From Candidatus Cloacimonadales bacterium (GTDB lineage: Bacteria > Cloacimonadota > Cloacimonadia > Cloacimonadales > JAIOQZ01): DNA of 64,000 nucleotides. Under the pieces are notes generated by a model, which had not been told where the DNA came from, ran no database searches, and saw nothing but the letters and a program-made list of their open reading frames with translations. Of this stretch, positions 1 through 10,464 are shown one piece after another. Each line of letters opens with the position of its first letter. Positions within the stretch are counted from its first letter, which is position 1. The translations under genes were made by a program, and so were the position numbers. The DNA is taken from positions 4,301 to 68,300 of the forward strand of contig CAXXSY010000005.1 in assembly GCA_963665015.2 (NCBI GenBank), given 5' to 3'.

Positions 1-19
1 CAGTATTAATAACGGACTA

Positions 20-3000
20 ATGGGGGTTTACTGTATTGGATATAAACTCGAGAGAATCAACAGCAATGAATTCGTACTCGCAAATGAGATAGGAAAATAT
101 CGATGGCATTGGGAATTTGATACTGTTACAGATGATAATAGCAAAGCTAAATATCTGTTTAGTGCTAAAAGCCACTTTGCAGGTAACAACGTTGATCCTC
201 ATGTTTATCAGTACATTTTAACGAATCGGAAAACAGGAGAATCTTCTATCCCGAAGCACAAGTTTGTAGATGGAACATATCGTCTTACAGTGCGTACGGA
301 AGATATCGAAGGCAATTCCGATGAAGAAGTGATAGAATTCAGCGTGACCAATGCCGGCACGATACCTGATTCAGTAATATCTACACATGAGACTTGGTCA
401 GGGGTCGTGCATATACCTTATGATGTGCATATAACACAAGAAGGATCCGTCTCGGTATTACCTGGCACCGTGATTGTTTTCTACGACCAAACACGGATGC
501 AAATAGACGGAGGATTTTCAGCGAACTTGAATGGTAGTGGAGACCTTCCTACGATCTGCCCCATGAATCCTGATAATGGATCATGTTCTATCTCGGTATC
601 ATCATCAGCATCCGCCGATTTCGAAGATTTCACTATTAAGGATATTCATATTTATAGAGATAACAATAGAGACGAAATAGTCGGCATCATCAATATCACA
701 GATAACGACAACGTCTCATTCGAAAACTGCCGCTTCATCAACTGCTCGAGTGATTTAGGTGGCGTTATCTATTGCGATAATTCGGATATCAGCATCACCA
801 ACTGTGAGTTCAAATGCAACACAGCGCAATCAGGCGGGGCTATTTATATCGAGAATAGCGATCCGACATTGATCGGCAACCTGTTCTGGAACAATAGCGC
901 CGATAACGGTTCGGCAATATACGCAACGGGCAGCAATCCCGTTATTGTCAATAACACCTTCAGGCATACACTTTACGAGATCGGCCAGAGCGTGATTTAT
1001 CTGGCGAACTCGAGTCCGGATATCTACAACACGATAATCTACAATGAGGTAGATAGCCCAGCCAACTGCTCCATACACTTGAGCGGATCTTCTCAGCCAG
1101 ATTTTTGGAACTGTGCAATCTTCAACGGGCAAGCGACCTTCATTGGACAACCTTTCTTGGGGACATATCAGAACATCATTGAAAGCGATCCTCAGTTTGT
1201 GGATAACTATCAGGTCGGTTACATCATCGAAAACAACTCGCCGTGTGTAAATACCGGCCAATATCCAGTACCCGGTATCACGCTTCCATTAAATGATCTC
1301 GCTGGAGGAACTCGCATCGATGAATCAGTTGTCGACATCGGGGCATATGAGACTCAGCAGAGTAGTGGCGATATCCATGTATCAGGTGATATTACTGAGG
1401 ATACATGCTGGAGTAGCGATGTCGTATATATCGATGATGATGTGAGCGTTCTCGAAAATGTCAGCTTAACGGTGCTACCCGATGTTGATATCGTACTTGC
1501 CGCTAGTTGTGACTTTGAGATAATCGGATCAATACACATCTATGGCTCGGAAAACGAGCCTGTCAATATCTACTGCCCCGTTAACTCGATAACAGGAGCA
1601 ACCTTAACCATCAGCGATCCCTATAGTTCACTGAATACATTGAGAAACGTAAACCAAAGTCGCAGACAAGACGGCATCACAAGAGATGAAGAATCCGCTA
1701 CATGCTTTTCGCACTGCCTCTTTAACTCGGTTGGTGGAGGCTTGAACGGTGAAGGCGTGAAGGTCGTAGTCGCCTCGCAGGAAGAGGTTATCTTTGAGCA
1801 TTGCAGCTTCAGAAACGCTGGCCCAGAAAGCAATGGCGGGTGCCTTGAAATCATCAATTCGTCTCCCATAATCAGAGATTGCGAGTTTACTTCCGGCAAT
1901 GCGGTGTCCGGCGGAGCTATCTATGCGATCAATTCAAACTTCATGTTGCTTGCCAGCATACTGCATGATAACAATGCTACGAATGGAGGAGCGATCTACC
2001 TTGATGAGTATTGCTCACCATTTATTGCAAACTGTACCATTGTCGATAACACCGCAGACTATGGAGGTGCGCTTTTCTGTTATGAAGATACTGCCACCCC
2101 CATCGTGGTTAACAGCATCTTATACTCCAACACAGCAACGGAAGGCGCGCAGGGCTATTTCTACAATTACGGCGGAGTAGGTCAAGGACCTGACGATGAT
2201 CCAACAGGTTTCTTCTACTGCAACATTCAGGGAGGTATTGACAGCCTCTATGTCTATCTCTCAGAAACTCGTAGAGGTGCTTCAAAATTGCGCGCTGGCT
2301 CTTCAACCCGATCAAGCAGAAATGGATTGTACAATGGTAGCTATGAATCAAATATCGATTGTGATCCCTCGTTCATAGCAAACTCTTTCGAACTGCGAAA
2401 TACTTCTCTGTGCATTAACAGGGGTACTCTAGAAGATTGGAGTATTGTATATGATATACATATCAACAACGACCTTATTGGATATCCCCCCACTGACAAC
2501 CTGTATGATATTGGAGCCATAGAAAAGGTACACTATGGCAGTATTTCGATTGGCGGGGTGATTAGTGAGGACTGCTTCCTTCTCGCTGACACGATTTATG
2601 TCTCAACCAACTTGACGATAGCACAAGATGTAACTGTTTTGGTGGATACACTTGTATCCTATATCCAATTTGGTGATGATGTGTCTGTTCTGATTCAGGG
2701 AAGTTTGGAAATTGCTGGAACTGAAAATGATTCGCTCCAATTGTGCGCAATTAATGGTTCAACCAACTGGAAAGGTATGAATGTTGGAAGTACTGGCTCT
2801 CTAAAACTTGCGTTTGCCAGGATGACCGATTCCGCCGCTTCGACGGGAGGAGTTATATCTACTTCTGAAGGCTGTATCGTTACGATATCAAACTGTGAAT
2901 TCAATGACAATCAGGCCACCTCGGGGGGGGCACTTCACGTCAATGGAGGTGAGATACGTATTAATAACACTCTGTTCTGCAACAATGTTGCTAACAATGG

Positions 3001-5989
3001 CGGAGCGATATATCATGTTGATAGCGATACGCTCGACATTGGCCAATGCGTTTTTTCAGGGAATATTGCGGAAGGCACAGGAAATGGTGGAGCAATTTTC
3101 TCAAGCAGTTCCGTCCGTATGACGAATAATCTTTTCCATGATAACATTGCAGTGAATGGAGGGGCTATTTATCAAGAGGATGGAGATATAATTTGTCTCA
3201 ATGCAACCATCATGGGAAATCAAGCATCTCTTAATGGTGGAGGTATCGCATTTAATCGCGATGCTGAGGCTCTACGTTTCGCTCTCTTGAATTCAATTAT
3301 TCGCGGAAATCACGACTCAAACGAAGGTCCATCACAATTCTCTGCCTTGGTGGGTAATCATATTCATATTGCATATTGCAATATTGAAAACATGATGGAT
3401 GAGATATATGATAATCATACCTTTGAAGGGGTAGCGACAGCAGTTTGCGATTATAATCCCGGCTTGAAAGATATTGAATCTGGAGACTATACGCTGGCTC
3501 ATTTCTCGCCATGTATAGATGCTGGCGCACCCACCCCTCACTACCTTTTCTCACACGAATACTCGTTATTCGATAATGATTTCGGCCATGAACCATCTGG
3601 CATGCATTTCGATCAAGGTTTCTGTGAATTCACCGATCCTGCTGGTTGCGAAGTGAAACCAGGCGGATTACATTTTGAAGACACATACATGGGGCGTAGC
3701 TCTTCCGTGTGCTTTACCATTAGAAACAGGGGAACAGAACCACTGATAAGAATCAATGGGATAGAAACGCCTTCAGATTATTTCACCGTTTCTGTTGATA
3801 CTACAAGTTCTACTGGTGCACCAATCAGGAATCAGCTTCGTCGAAAAGAAGAGAGAACAAAAAAAACTCGCCAATATGTTCGAAATTCAAGAAGAAGTAA
3901 CCAACTCGCTCGAAAAGAAATGAGTAGAAGAAATCCAGAAATGCCTTTTGTAAGCAAGAAGAAGGACACTGATTTCAATAACCAGAGCCGTGCAGAAAAG
4001 GCAACTCGTACAAGGTCTTTTTCTCCTATCGAACTAAGTCCTTTTAAGGAAGTGACAATCAGAGTCGACTTTGCTCCAATGCTTGAAGGCACATTTAACG
4101 ATCCGATGTGTATCAGTATCGAATCATCCATTGGTCGCGATGTTATATTGCCTGTTTACGCAACGAGTCTTGATCCAACGGTTCATATCGATTCTGTTGT
4201 AACCTGGACGGATTCTCTTTATATTGATTATCCTGTAGTCGTTGACATTACTGGAACGCTGAACATCTCTAATAATACAGAGATAACCTTTGCTGGTTTT
4301 GGTAAGATTGTCTGCAATGGCGGAACGTTCAATCCCGGAACGGGTGTTTCTTTCATCGGAGAGCCAGATAATTCTGAAGATGGAGTCTATCTGAACATCT
4401 GTTCTCAAATCTCCTTTCTGTCCAGCGAGTTTGTCGACACAAGACTGATTTCACATAGTACTGCTGTGCAAATAGCGAGCTCGTATTTTACCGACTGCTA
4501 TATCGAACATTGTAACAAGGATTTAACAATAGAACAGTCGCAGTTTTCTGGAACCAATGTAAATGCTTTTCGTTCTGTTTTCGGAGGCATGGGGTCTCAA
4601 AATGATTGTATTCATATTGAGCTAAGTGATTTCAATTTCTCAGAATACACGAATCTTGTTTCGATAAGCTCTTACCCAAATTTTGAAATGAACGAAAATA
4701 ATTTTTCAAACTACCAAACAGCTCTTTGGATAAATGAGTCCGGGTTTGGCAAATTGCATGATATCGTCGATAATACGATCTTCAACAATGAATATGGTTA
4801 CGGCATTGAGATTTATCATTCAACTGCTACCATTACTGGCCATAACGTAATCAATAACAACTACATCGGTGTTGCGGCTGTCAGGAATTCCGATGTAACA
4901 ATAAATGGTTCTTGTTATTATCCGTATCAATCGATACATAATAATTTCAATGCCGAATTAGTGTTTGCAAATGATAGTTTCCCAATTCTTTTCTCAAAAA
5001 ACCTGATATACGATCAGCTTTATGGGGACAATCATTTGGTAAGGTGTGTTCATCACAATGCAGATACGCTAGTCGTCGAGGATAACTTTTGGGGGGCTTT
5101 TACACCGACCGAGCACCTTTCCCCGTATGAGTATTATGATTATAATCCTCAATGGATTCCGGGTGATAGTGTTTTCGTGGATTACGATCCAGCTCTGGAG
5201 CTGTTTTCTTCTGCTGAATACAACATGACGCTGACAAACTACTTGCTGGCAGAAACTCAATATAAACAAGTAGTATCCGATTACCCAAGAACTAGATATG
5301 CGAGGACCTCAGCTATAAAACTAATATCTCTTGAAGGTCTGACAGGTGGTGATTATACGGATTTGCAACTTTACTATTTAAATGAGCCTAATTTACATTA
5401 CGATGAACAGGACAGCTTGCTGGCGATTTACCTTTACAACTTGTGCATGATAAAAACAGGGAATTATCCTGCCGCGATTTCCTGGTTCGAAACAATCATT
5501 GATGATCCGCGCTCTGAAGCAGATTCTATTTATGCCGTAATTGATATCGGATATACGTACCTCCTGATGGAGTCAGATAGTCGTTACAGAGGTTATGTCG
5601 GAAGATACCCGCAGTACAAACCCAGATCGTTTGATGATTACCTGTCAAATCGTGAAACCTTGCTTAAGGATATGCTTGATCAAACCACAGAAGCAGTTCC
5701 AGAATTACCTGTATACGTAGTTCTTGAGCAGAATCACCCCAATCCATTCAATCCGGAAACAACGATCAGTTATTCAATTCCTGCGGAGGGACAAGTCTCG
5801 CTAACTGTTTATAATATCAAGGGGCAGAAGGTAATTACCTTGGTTAATGAGATTCAGGAAAAAGGAAAACAATCTGTCATCTGGAAGGGTGTTAATTCAT
5901 ACGGGAAATCAGTATCATCAGGTGTCTATCTGTATAAATTGGATGCCTGCGGAAAGTCAATAACTAGAAAAATGCTTATGTTGAAATAA
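20..5989 (+). CDS. Giant secreted parallel beta-helix (Pmp-like repeat) protein with a T9SS C-terminal sorting domain; probably 5'-partial
   Basis: The frame is open back to base 2 and no signal peptide follows the first Met, so the true start is probably upstream of the window. It has four repeated modules rich in GGAIY / N-x-A-x-x-GGA and FxxN motifs. The last ~85 aa (NHPNPFNPETTISY..YNIKGQKV..SGVYLYKL..KMLMLK) form a T9SS type-A CTD. Confidence 0.8.
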   Translation: MGVYCIGYKLERINSNEFVLANEIGKYRWHWEFDTVTDDNSKAKYLFSAKSHFAGNNVDPHVYQYILTNRKTGESSIPKHKFVDGTYRLTVRTEDIEGNSDEEVIEFSVTNAGTIPDSVISTHETWSGVVHIPYDVHITQEGSVSVLPGTVIVFYDQTRMQIDGGFSANLNGSGDLPTICPMNPDNGSCSISVSSSASADFEDFTIKDIHIYRDNNRDEIVGIINITDNDNVSFENCRFINCSSDLGGVIYCDNSDISITNCEFKCNTAQSGGAIYIENSDPTLIGNLFWNNSADNGSAIYATGSNPVIVNNTFRHTLYEIGQSVIYLANSSPDIYNTIIYNEVDSPANCSIHLSGSSQPDFWNCAIFNGQATFIGQPFLGTYQNIIESDPQFVDNYQVGYIIENNSPCVNTGQYPVPGITLPLNDLAGGTRIDESVVDIGAYETQQSSGDIHVSGDITEDTCWSSDVVYIDDDVSVLENVSLTVLPDVDIVLAASCDFEIIGSIHIYGSENEPVNIYCPVNSITGATLTISDPYSSLNTLRNVNQSRRQDGITRDEESATCFSHCLFNSVGGGLNGEGVKVVVASQEEVIFEHCSFRNAGPESNGGCLEIINSSPIIRDCEFTSGNAVSGGAIYAINSNFMLLASILHDNNATNGGAIYLDEYCSPFIANCTIVDNTADYGGALFCYEDTATPIVVNSILYSNTATEGAQGYFYNYGGVGQGPDDDPTGFFYCNIQGGIDSLYVYLSETRRGASKLRAGSSTRSSRNGLYNGSYESNIDCDPSFIANSFELRNTSLCINRGTLEDWSIVYDIHINNDLIGYPPTDNLYDIGAIEKVHYGSISIGGVISEDCFLLADTIYVSTNLTIAQDVTVLVDTLVSYIQFGDDVSVLIQGSLEIAGTENDSLQLCAINGSTNWKGMNVGSTGSLKLAFARMTDSAASTGGVISTSEGCIVTISNCEFNDNQATSGGALHVNGGEIRINNTLFCNNVANNGGAIYHVDSDTLDIGQCVFSGNIAEGTGNGGAIFSSSSVRMTNNLFHDNIAVNGGAIYQEDGDIICLNATIMGNQASLNGGGIAFNRDAEALRFALLNSIIRGNHDSNEGPSQFSALVGNHIHIAYCNIENMMDEIYDNHTFEGVATAVCDYNPGLKDIESGDYTLAHFSPCIDAGAPTPHYLFSHEYSLFDNDFGHEPSGMHFDQGFCEFTDPAGCEVKPGGLHFEDTYMGRSSSVCFTIRNRGTEPLIRINGIETPSDYFTVSVDTTSSTGAPIRNQLRRKEERTKKTRQYVRNSRRSNQLARKEMSRRNPEMPFVSKKKDTDFNNQSRAEKATRTRSFSPIELSPFKEVTIRVDFAPMLEGTFNDPMCISIESSIGRDVILPVYATSLDPTVHIDSVVTWTDSLYIDYPVVVDITGTLNISNNTEITFAGFGKIVCNGGTFNPGTGVSFIGEPDNSEDGVYLNICSQISFLSSEFVDTRLISHSTAVQIASSYFTDCYIEHCNKDLTIEQSQFSGTNVNAFRSVFGGMGSQNDCIHIELSDFNFSEYTNLVSISSYPNFEMNENNFSNYQTALWINESGFGKLHDIVDNTIFNNEYGYGIEIYHSTATITGHNVINNNYIGVAAVRNSDVTINGSCYYPYQSIHNNFNAELVFANDSFPILFSKNLIYDQLYGDNHLVRCVHHNADTLVVEDNFWGAFTPTEHLSPYEYYDYNPQWIPGDSVFVDYDPALELFSSAEYNMTLTNYLLAETQYKQVVSDYPRTRYARTSAIKLISLEGLTGGDYTDLQLYYLNEPNLHYDEQDSLLAIYLYNLCMIKTGNYPAAISWFETIIDDPRSEADSIYAVIDIGYTYLLMESDSRYRGYVGRYPQYKPRSFDDYLSNRETLLKDMLDQTTEAVPELPVYVVLEQNHPNPFNPETTISYSIPAEGQVSLTVYNIKGQKVITLVNEIQEKGKQSVIWKGVNSYGKSVSSGVYLYKLDACGKSITRKMLMLK

Positions 5990-6007
5990 TGCCTACAGAA
6001 GGATACG

Positions 6008-6040
6008 GGAGAGTCTTCAACGACTCTCCTATTTTCGTTT
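6008..6040 (+). terminator. Rho-independent terminator after the beta-helix gene
   Basis: Hairpin GGAGAGTC-TTCAAC-GACTCTCC (6008-6029) followed by TATTTTCGTTT. Confidence 0.6.
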
Positions 6041-6118
6041 AATACTCTCTGTGAAGCCTTGTACGATGATACAAGATTCCGGTAATTCATCAATGGCAAA
6101 GACACTCCGTCTAATCCC

Positions 6119-6997
6119 CTAAACCACCACCTCCGTCCCTGTCCTGCACTTCCAGTGGAACGGCGGAAAGGGCGTGTGGCTACCTGAGACGCCGGTAGGA
6201 CTGCCACTTGCGTTTCTCTCGATCTGGTCGTCGCTAACCCACGGAGCGAGTTCCTTCGTGTGTTCTCGCGCGGATTCGAGGCTGTGCCGCTTCGGATCGA
6301 TGGCCAGCAGGTCTTCCATCACCTCGAGCGCGTCGGAGAGCGGATAGGCCTTGTTTTGCGCGGCAAGGGCGCGGCAGATATCCGACGTGCGATCATCGAG
6401 CACAACCACCAGCCGGTAGTACTTCGCACCAGCCTTGCGATACCCTTCCAACCTTCCAAACTCGCGGATTCGAAGAGCAGTGTGTTCTGCCAAACCCTGC
6501 CAGTAGTGCTGCGACTTCGCGCCCAAGTCCTTGAACTGCTCCGCGAGCTTCTCCTGCAGCATCTTTTTCGTGTAGCCGGACGCGACGGCTTCGGTGAGGG
6601 TGCTTCGAAACTTCTGCGAGATGTCGGCGCCGTATCGTTCACCGATCCAGAAGAGGTTCTGGCGGGTGATGACCGTCTCGAGCCGCTTCTCACGCGCTCC
6701 ATACAAGCCAATGCTCGTGTTGTGCGGAACCTGCTTCTGCGCGTCGTTCAGGCCCAGCAGCATGCACCGCTGGATGTACGCCTTCGTCTCGGCGCGCACA
6801 GCGGACGAAAAATCCTCGCCGAGGTTGGAGTCGATGACGGCGAGAACGTCGTCGATATGTGTCTTGTTGAGCCTCTCGTGACGTGGTATGCCGGAAAGAG
6901 CCCTGATGGCTTGCGTCGCCGACTCGCGTACTTCGCGCTGCCAGGCATTGTTGAGCACCCGGTAGTACTCGAGCATGATGCGGTCGAAGTAGGTCAA
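6119..6997 (-). CDS. Phage head morphogenesis protein, Mu F / SPP1 gp7 family
   Basis: C-terminal PPFHWKCRT motif (the family's PP-x-H-x-x-CRC signature) and position next to the terminase. The start is a TTG, and the gene directly abuts the terminase stop with no portal gene between them. Confidence 0.75.
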   Translation of the reverse strand: MTYFDRIMLEYYRVLNNAWQREVRESATQAIRALSGIPRHERLNKTHIDDVLAVIDSNLGEDFSSAVRAETKAYIQRCMLLGLNDAQKQVPHNTSIGLYGAREKRLETVITRQNLFWIGERYGADISQKFRSTLTEAVASGYTKKMLQEKLAEQFKDLGAKSQHYWQGLAEHTALRIREFGRLEGYRKAGAKYYRLVVVLDDRTSDICRALAAQNKAYPLSDALEVMEDLLAIDPKRHSLESAREHTKELAPWVSDDQIERNASGSPTGVSGSHTPFPPFHWKCRTGTEVVV

Positions 6998-8633
6998 AAC
7001 CGGAAGCTCCTGACGCGCGTTCGGTTGCGACCGGTGTCGTATTCGGGGAAGCGTTCGAGGCAGCCAGCGAGGGCGTCCGGGCCGTCCACATAGCCCTGCG
7101 GGTAGGTGAGAAACTGGCTGATAAGGGTCGGCGTGTCCTGCCCGTCAAGGAAGACGACCTTGCCGGTCTCGATGACGGTGTCGACGCGCTCGATGCGCAG
7201 GGCCTTGTTGCGGTCGTTGTTGACTCGGCGGATACGGTGCGAGATGGGGTTGCGTCCGTTCTCGCGGCACCAGCGGTCGAAATCGGCGAGGATGCGGTGC
7301 TGTCCGTAGTTGGTCTCCATCGCGGCGCGAAAGCGGACTCCGTAGCGACGCGACAGCTCGTCGCAGGCATCGTAGTAGAAGGCGAAGAAGCGGCTGTTCT
7401 CGGTCTGGCGCACCCAGCAGTGGATCACGTAGAATTTCAGGCCGTCGTAGCCGATGGAGATGATCGCCTTGTAGCAGCCTGTTTGAACGAAGTGAAAACC
7501 GCCAGCGCCAGGTTTTTGCGAAGCAAAATACCGAGAGCGACTACCTTTAATGTGGGGTCGGCATACATCCAGACCCGCTTCATGCGTTTGGGAAGGCGAG
7601 AATATCGCTTGAACCAGTGGTGCTTGAACATGTTGCCTTCGATCACCGGCACGCCGAGAAACTCGCGCTGGTAGCCCGTGTGACCGAACTTGCGGCGGAG
7701 CAGCGGCAACTCGCTGGTGGGGTACTGCCGCTCCCAGACCGATTTGCCGTCATCGGTTTCCAGAGAGAAGCGCAGGAGCCGTCTTCCCTCTGCGAACAGA
7801 GAGTGGCGGCTTTCGGAGAAAACGCCAGCCTTCGCGGAGCGCACGTCGTCTGGGTTGAACGTGTCGTTGTCGGACTTGATCTCCTCGACGATGGCCTCCA
7901 TGAACTGGCAGATCGCGTAGTTGGGGTGGACGAGGTTGCCAAGCCAGATAACCTTGCCGCTTCCCGATGGGTCGAGGGCGCCGCCGATTTCTTGCACGAT
8001 CTTGTCCATGCGCCGCCTGCCGATGGTCTGGTTCCCGACGTTCTCTTCCTTGTCGATGTCGTCGCAGACGATGAGACCGGGGCGCGTGGAGGTGCGGGGG
8101 TTGATGGAGCCGCGAAAGGACTGCTTCACACCACGCGCGCGGATGCGACAGCGATTGCGGAGGTAGAAGTCGTCCTCGGTCGTGTCGATAGGACGCAGGT
8201 CGTCGAAGTCGCCGAGTAGCCGCTTGTTGTTGGTCAGCTCGTTGAAGGTGAACGCTGTCCTCTCCTCGGCCAAATCGACGTCGGCGGCAGTATGAATGAC
8301 GTAGCGTTCACCCTTGATCACGCGCCAGATCGGATACACCACGCCCATGAGCACCGTCTTGCCCAGTCCACGAAACCCCGTGATGGCGGTGACGCCAGAC
8401 TCGGCTTCGAACACCTCGAACTTCTCGCGGTGGCAGTCGCAGAACGGGTGCTCGAAGATGTGCGGGAAATAGCTGCGGCAGAAGAAGGAGAAGGACGTCC
8501 AGCCCTCAGCGGTAGCACGGTCAATGCGCTCCTTGCGAGCTTGCGGGGAGTCGTCGGGGAAGGGTTTGACCGACGGTGTCTTCGCCGCGACGGACGTGAA
8601 GAACCGCAGGTCTTTCTGGGTCGGCTTAGGCAT
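6994..8633 (-). pseudogene. Terminase large subunit, disrupted by a frameshift
   Basis: ORF 7437-8633 has a Walker A-like GFRGLGKT, a Walker B LIVCDDID and the nuclease entry WMYADP, then runs into nonsense. The nuclease continues in another frame (..CYKAIISIGYDGLKFYVIHCWVRQ..) as ORF 6994-7428. Both frames are open across 7437-7570. The switch probably lies near the CCTTTAA run at 7544-7550. Confidence 0.8.
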
Positions 8634-9105
8634 GACCGGCGCGACTCATGAAGTAGGCCACGAGTCCGTCTTCGCCGAGTATCTCGCGCTGGATTGTTTT
8701 GGCAGTCGCTTCGTCGCCTCTTGCGTGGTAGAAATCGATCTGCCAGTCCAGGAACCGCTTCATGTGGTCGATCAAGTCCTTACTGGGCTCCAGCTCCTTC
8801 TGGTACTGCTTGAGGAGCGAAACCAGCGACTGTAGCGCGGTGTCCTGCGGAACCTCTGCGTATTCCCTGAGGGCACGGATCAACGCACGTTTGACCGCGA
8901 TGTCGATCTCCTCTTCGAGATGGCGCACCTCGTCGTATTCGTCGTCCCACTTGCCCTTGCGGATCCAGTTGCGGACGGTCTTGTCCGCCACCTCGAACAT
9001 CCGCGCCAGAGCGGCGATGTCGGTCTCACCCTTGAGATAGAGCCGCTTGGCCGACTCGCGCTTACGCCGATACTCTTTGCTGTTTATAACGCTTGAGCAC
9101 GCCAA
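8626..9105 (-). CDS. Terminase small subunit-like HTH protein (Mu gp27-like)
   Basis: N-terminal HTH (LYLKGETDIAALARMFEVADKTVRNWIRKGKWDDEY), immediately upstream of and overlapping the large terminase. Confidence 0.5.
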   Translation of the reverse strand: MACSSVINSKEYRRKRESAKRLYLKGETDIAALARMFEVADKTVRNWIRKGKWDDEYDEVRHLEEEIDIAVKRALIRALREYAEVPQDTALQSLVSLLKQYQKELEPSKDLIDHMKRFLDWQIDFYHARGDEATAKTIQREILGEDGLVAYFMSRAGHA

Positions 9106-9376
9106 TCAGCGCGCCCTTCTCGGTTTCGGTCAGGTAGGTGATGGAGGACTTGGCGAACCTGCTGGCGATGAAGCCGTACAGCTTCTCGTAACTCCAGCTC
9201 GAACGCTTGTACATCGCCCACACCAACTTGCCTTGTGAGTCGAGACGCTCGTACACCTTGGGCTGATTGCCCCGGAGCACAAGGTTCAGTCTGACCAGCG
9301 CAGGCAGGCTGAGCTTGCGCAGCGAGGAGCCGTAGCTAAGCTCTTCCATGCGCTCGTGAAGCTGCTCGACTAGCAA
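9062..9376 (-). pseudogene. C-terminal fragment of a Mu early protein (possibly GemA/gp16-like)
   Basis: The frame stays open upstream into the AT-rich cassette with no proper start. The tail ..SSITYLTETEKGALIGVLKRYKQQ resembles GemA-type proteins; this is a from-memory assignment. Confidence 0.3.
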
Positions 9377-9393
9377 TAGCGTTCGTTGTTCAA

Positions 9394-10395
9394 CTATTTC
9401 AGTAGCAAATGGAGTATTACTGGAATAATAAAACCACTAACAAGAACTGTGAAAACGATGAATTTGAAAACCCGTAAGGCTTTCTGTGACCTTCTATTAG
9501 ACAGCCCGATGGCAATGGCGGAATTGGGCGTCAGCTTTGGTAGAAGCCCAAGACCAATGAAATGTAGAATAACGTAGCCAAGTATGCCACCTAACATACT
9601 GAAAATAAAAATCCACCAAGGACCATTTTTCTGATTCAATATATAGTCAAGATACATATTAAATTTCAATAGAATTTCTGGCTGACTTTTTATCTCCTCT
9701 AACGTATGTACTGTTCTTTCTCTTTGTCCATGCGTAAGGAGAAAAGCAGTGCTACGAATTCCAATAAACATGCCAGCAAAGCCTGACATCTGTGCTGCAA
9801 TTGCTATGAACCATTTGTTTCGAAACACCCAAAGTGGTCGATATATACCGTTTAGCCTAGTTGTTGAAATATATGGATGCAAATTGCTAAACACCATTTC
9901 AACCCAGTCTTGATTCGTACCAGATATCTCTAGATCGATAAAAGAGTGCCCATAGTCACCAGGGGCTAGCTCTTGAATGGATAGCTTTTTCTCAGTCATG
10001 AGAAATAGCGATACTTTACCAGCAATTGGTGAGCCATTTTCAGTAACTTGGAATGATCTCCATTCAAGTGAGCTGCTCTCTGGATCCTTCTTGTTGCCTG
10101 CTTTAGCCAGATATTCATCAAAGTCTGAGTATGACACAGTCGTTAAATCTTGGAATCGAGTAACAGAGTTAAATGATACATTAGGCATATCTAACTTCCC
10201 GAATTGATCAATGACTTCTATGTTGATTGATTCAACAATATCGTCCGTGATGAAGAATGGGAATACAAATTTCTGACCTTTACAATATTTGCCAAATGAA
10301 TCCTCATATATCTTTGCAATGAAGGTCTGAAGTAATTCGTTTGGAATGTATAAGGAGTTTTTCTTGGGATCATCAGGTAAGTTTGGATCTGACAT
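9394..10395 (-). CDS. Membrane protein with a ~200-aa N-terminal soluble domain and 3 predicted TM helices; cargo of AT-rich cassette 1
   Basis: The preferred start is the ATG at 10395 (MSDPNLPDD..), preceded by GGGAGG. TM segments are WFIAIAAQMSGFAGMFIGI, WWIFIFSMLGGILGYVILHFIGLGLL and FKFIVFTVLVSGFIIPVILHLLL. I recognise no domain. The DNA is visibly AT-rich inside GC-rich phage sequence. Confidence 0.7.
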   Translation of the reverse strand: MSDPNLPDDPKKNSLYIPNELLQTFIAKIYEDSFGKYCKGQKFVFPFFITDDIVESINIEVIDQFGKLDMPNVSFNSVTRFQDLTTVSYSDFDEYLAKAGNKKDPESSSLEWRSFQVTENGSPIAGKVSLFLMTEKKLSIQELAPGDYGHSFIDLEISGTNQDWVEMVFSNLHPYISTTRLNGIYRPLWVFRNKWFIAIAAQMSGFAGMFIGIRSTAFLLTHGQRERTVHTLEEIKSQPEILLKFNMYLDYILNQKNGPWWIFIFSMLGGILGYVILHFIGLGLLPKLTPNSAIAIGLSNRRSQKALRVFKFIVFTVLVSGFIIPVILHLLLK

Positions 10396-10424
10396 GGCTC
10401 TACCTCCCAACAAAGCTTATGATA

Positions 10425-10453
10425 AATAAAGCTATTCCTGTCTATTATGTCAA
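10425..10453 (-). promoter_or_regulatory. Sigma-70-like promoter of the cassette-1 gene
   Basis: On the minus strand: TTGACA (10453-10448), a 17-nt spacer, then TTTATT (10430-10425), about 30 nt upstream of the ATG. Confidence 0.4.
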
Positions 10454-10464
10454 TTTATTTTGTT

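Noticed and set aside
7437-7570. Programmed ribosomal frameshift in the terminase.
   Set aside because: I know of no precedent for a frameshift at this position in large terminases. The rest of the element is clearly decayed, so mutation or sequencing error is the simpler explanation.
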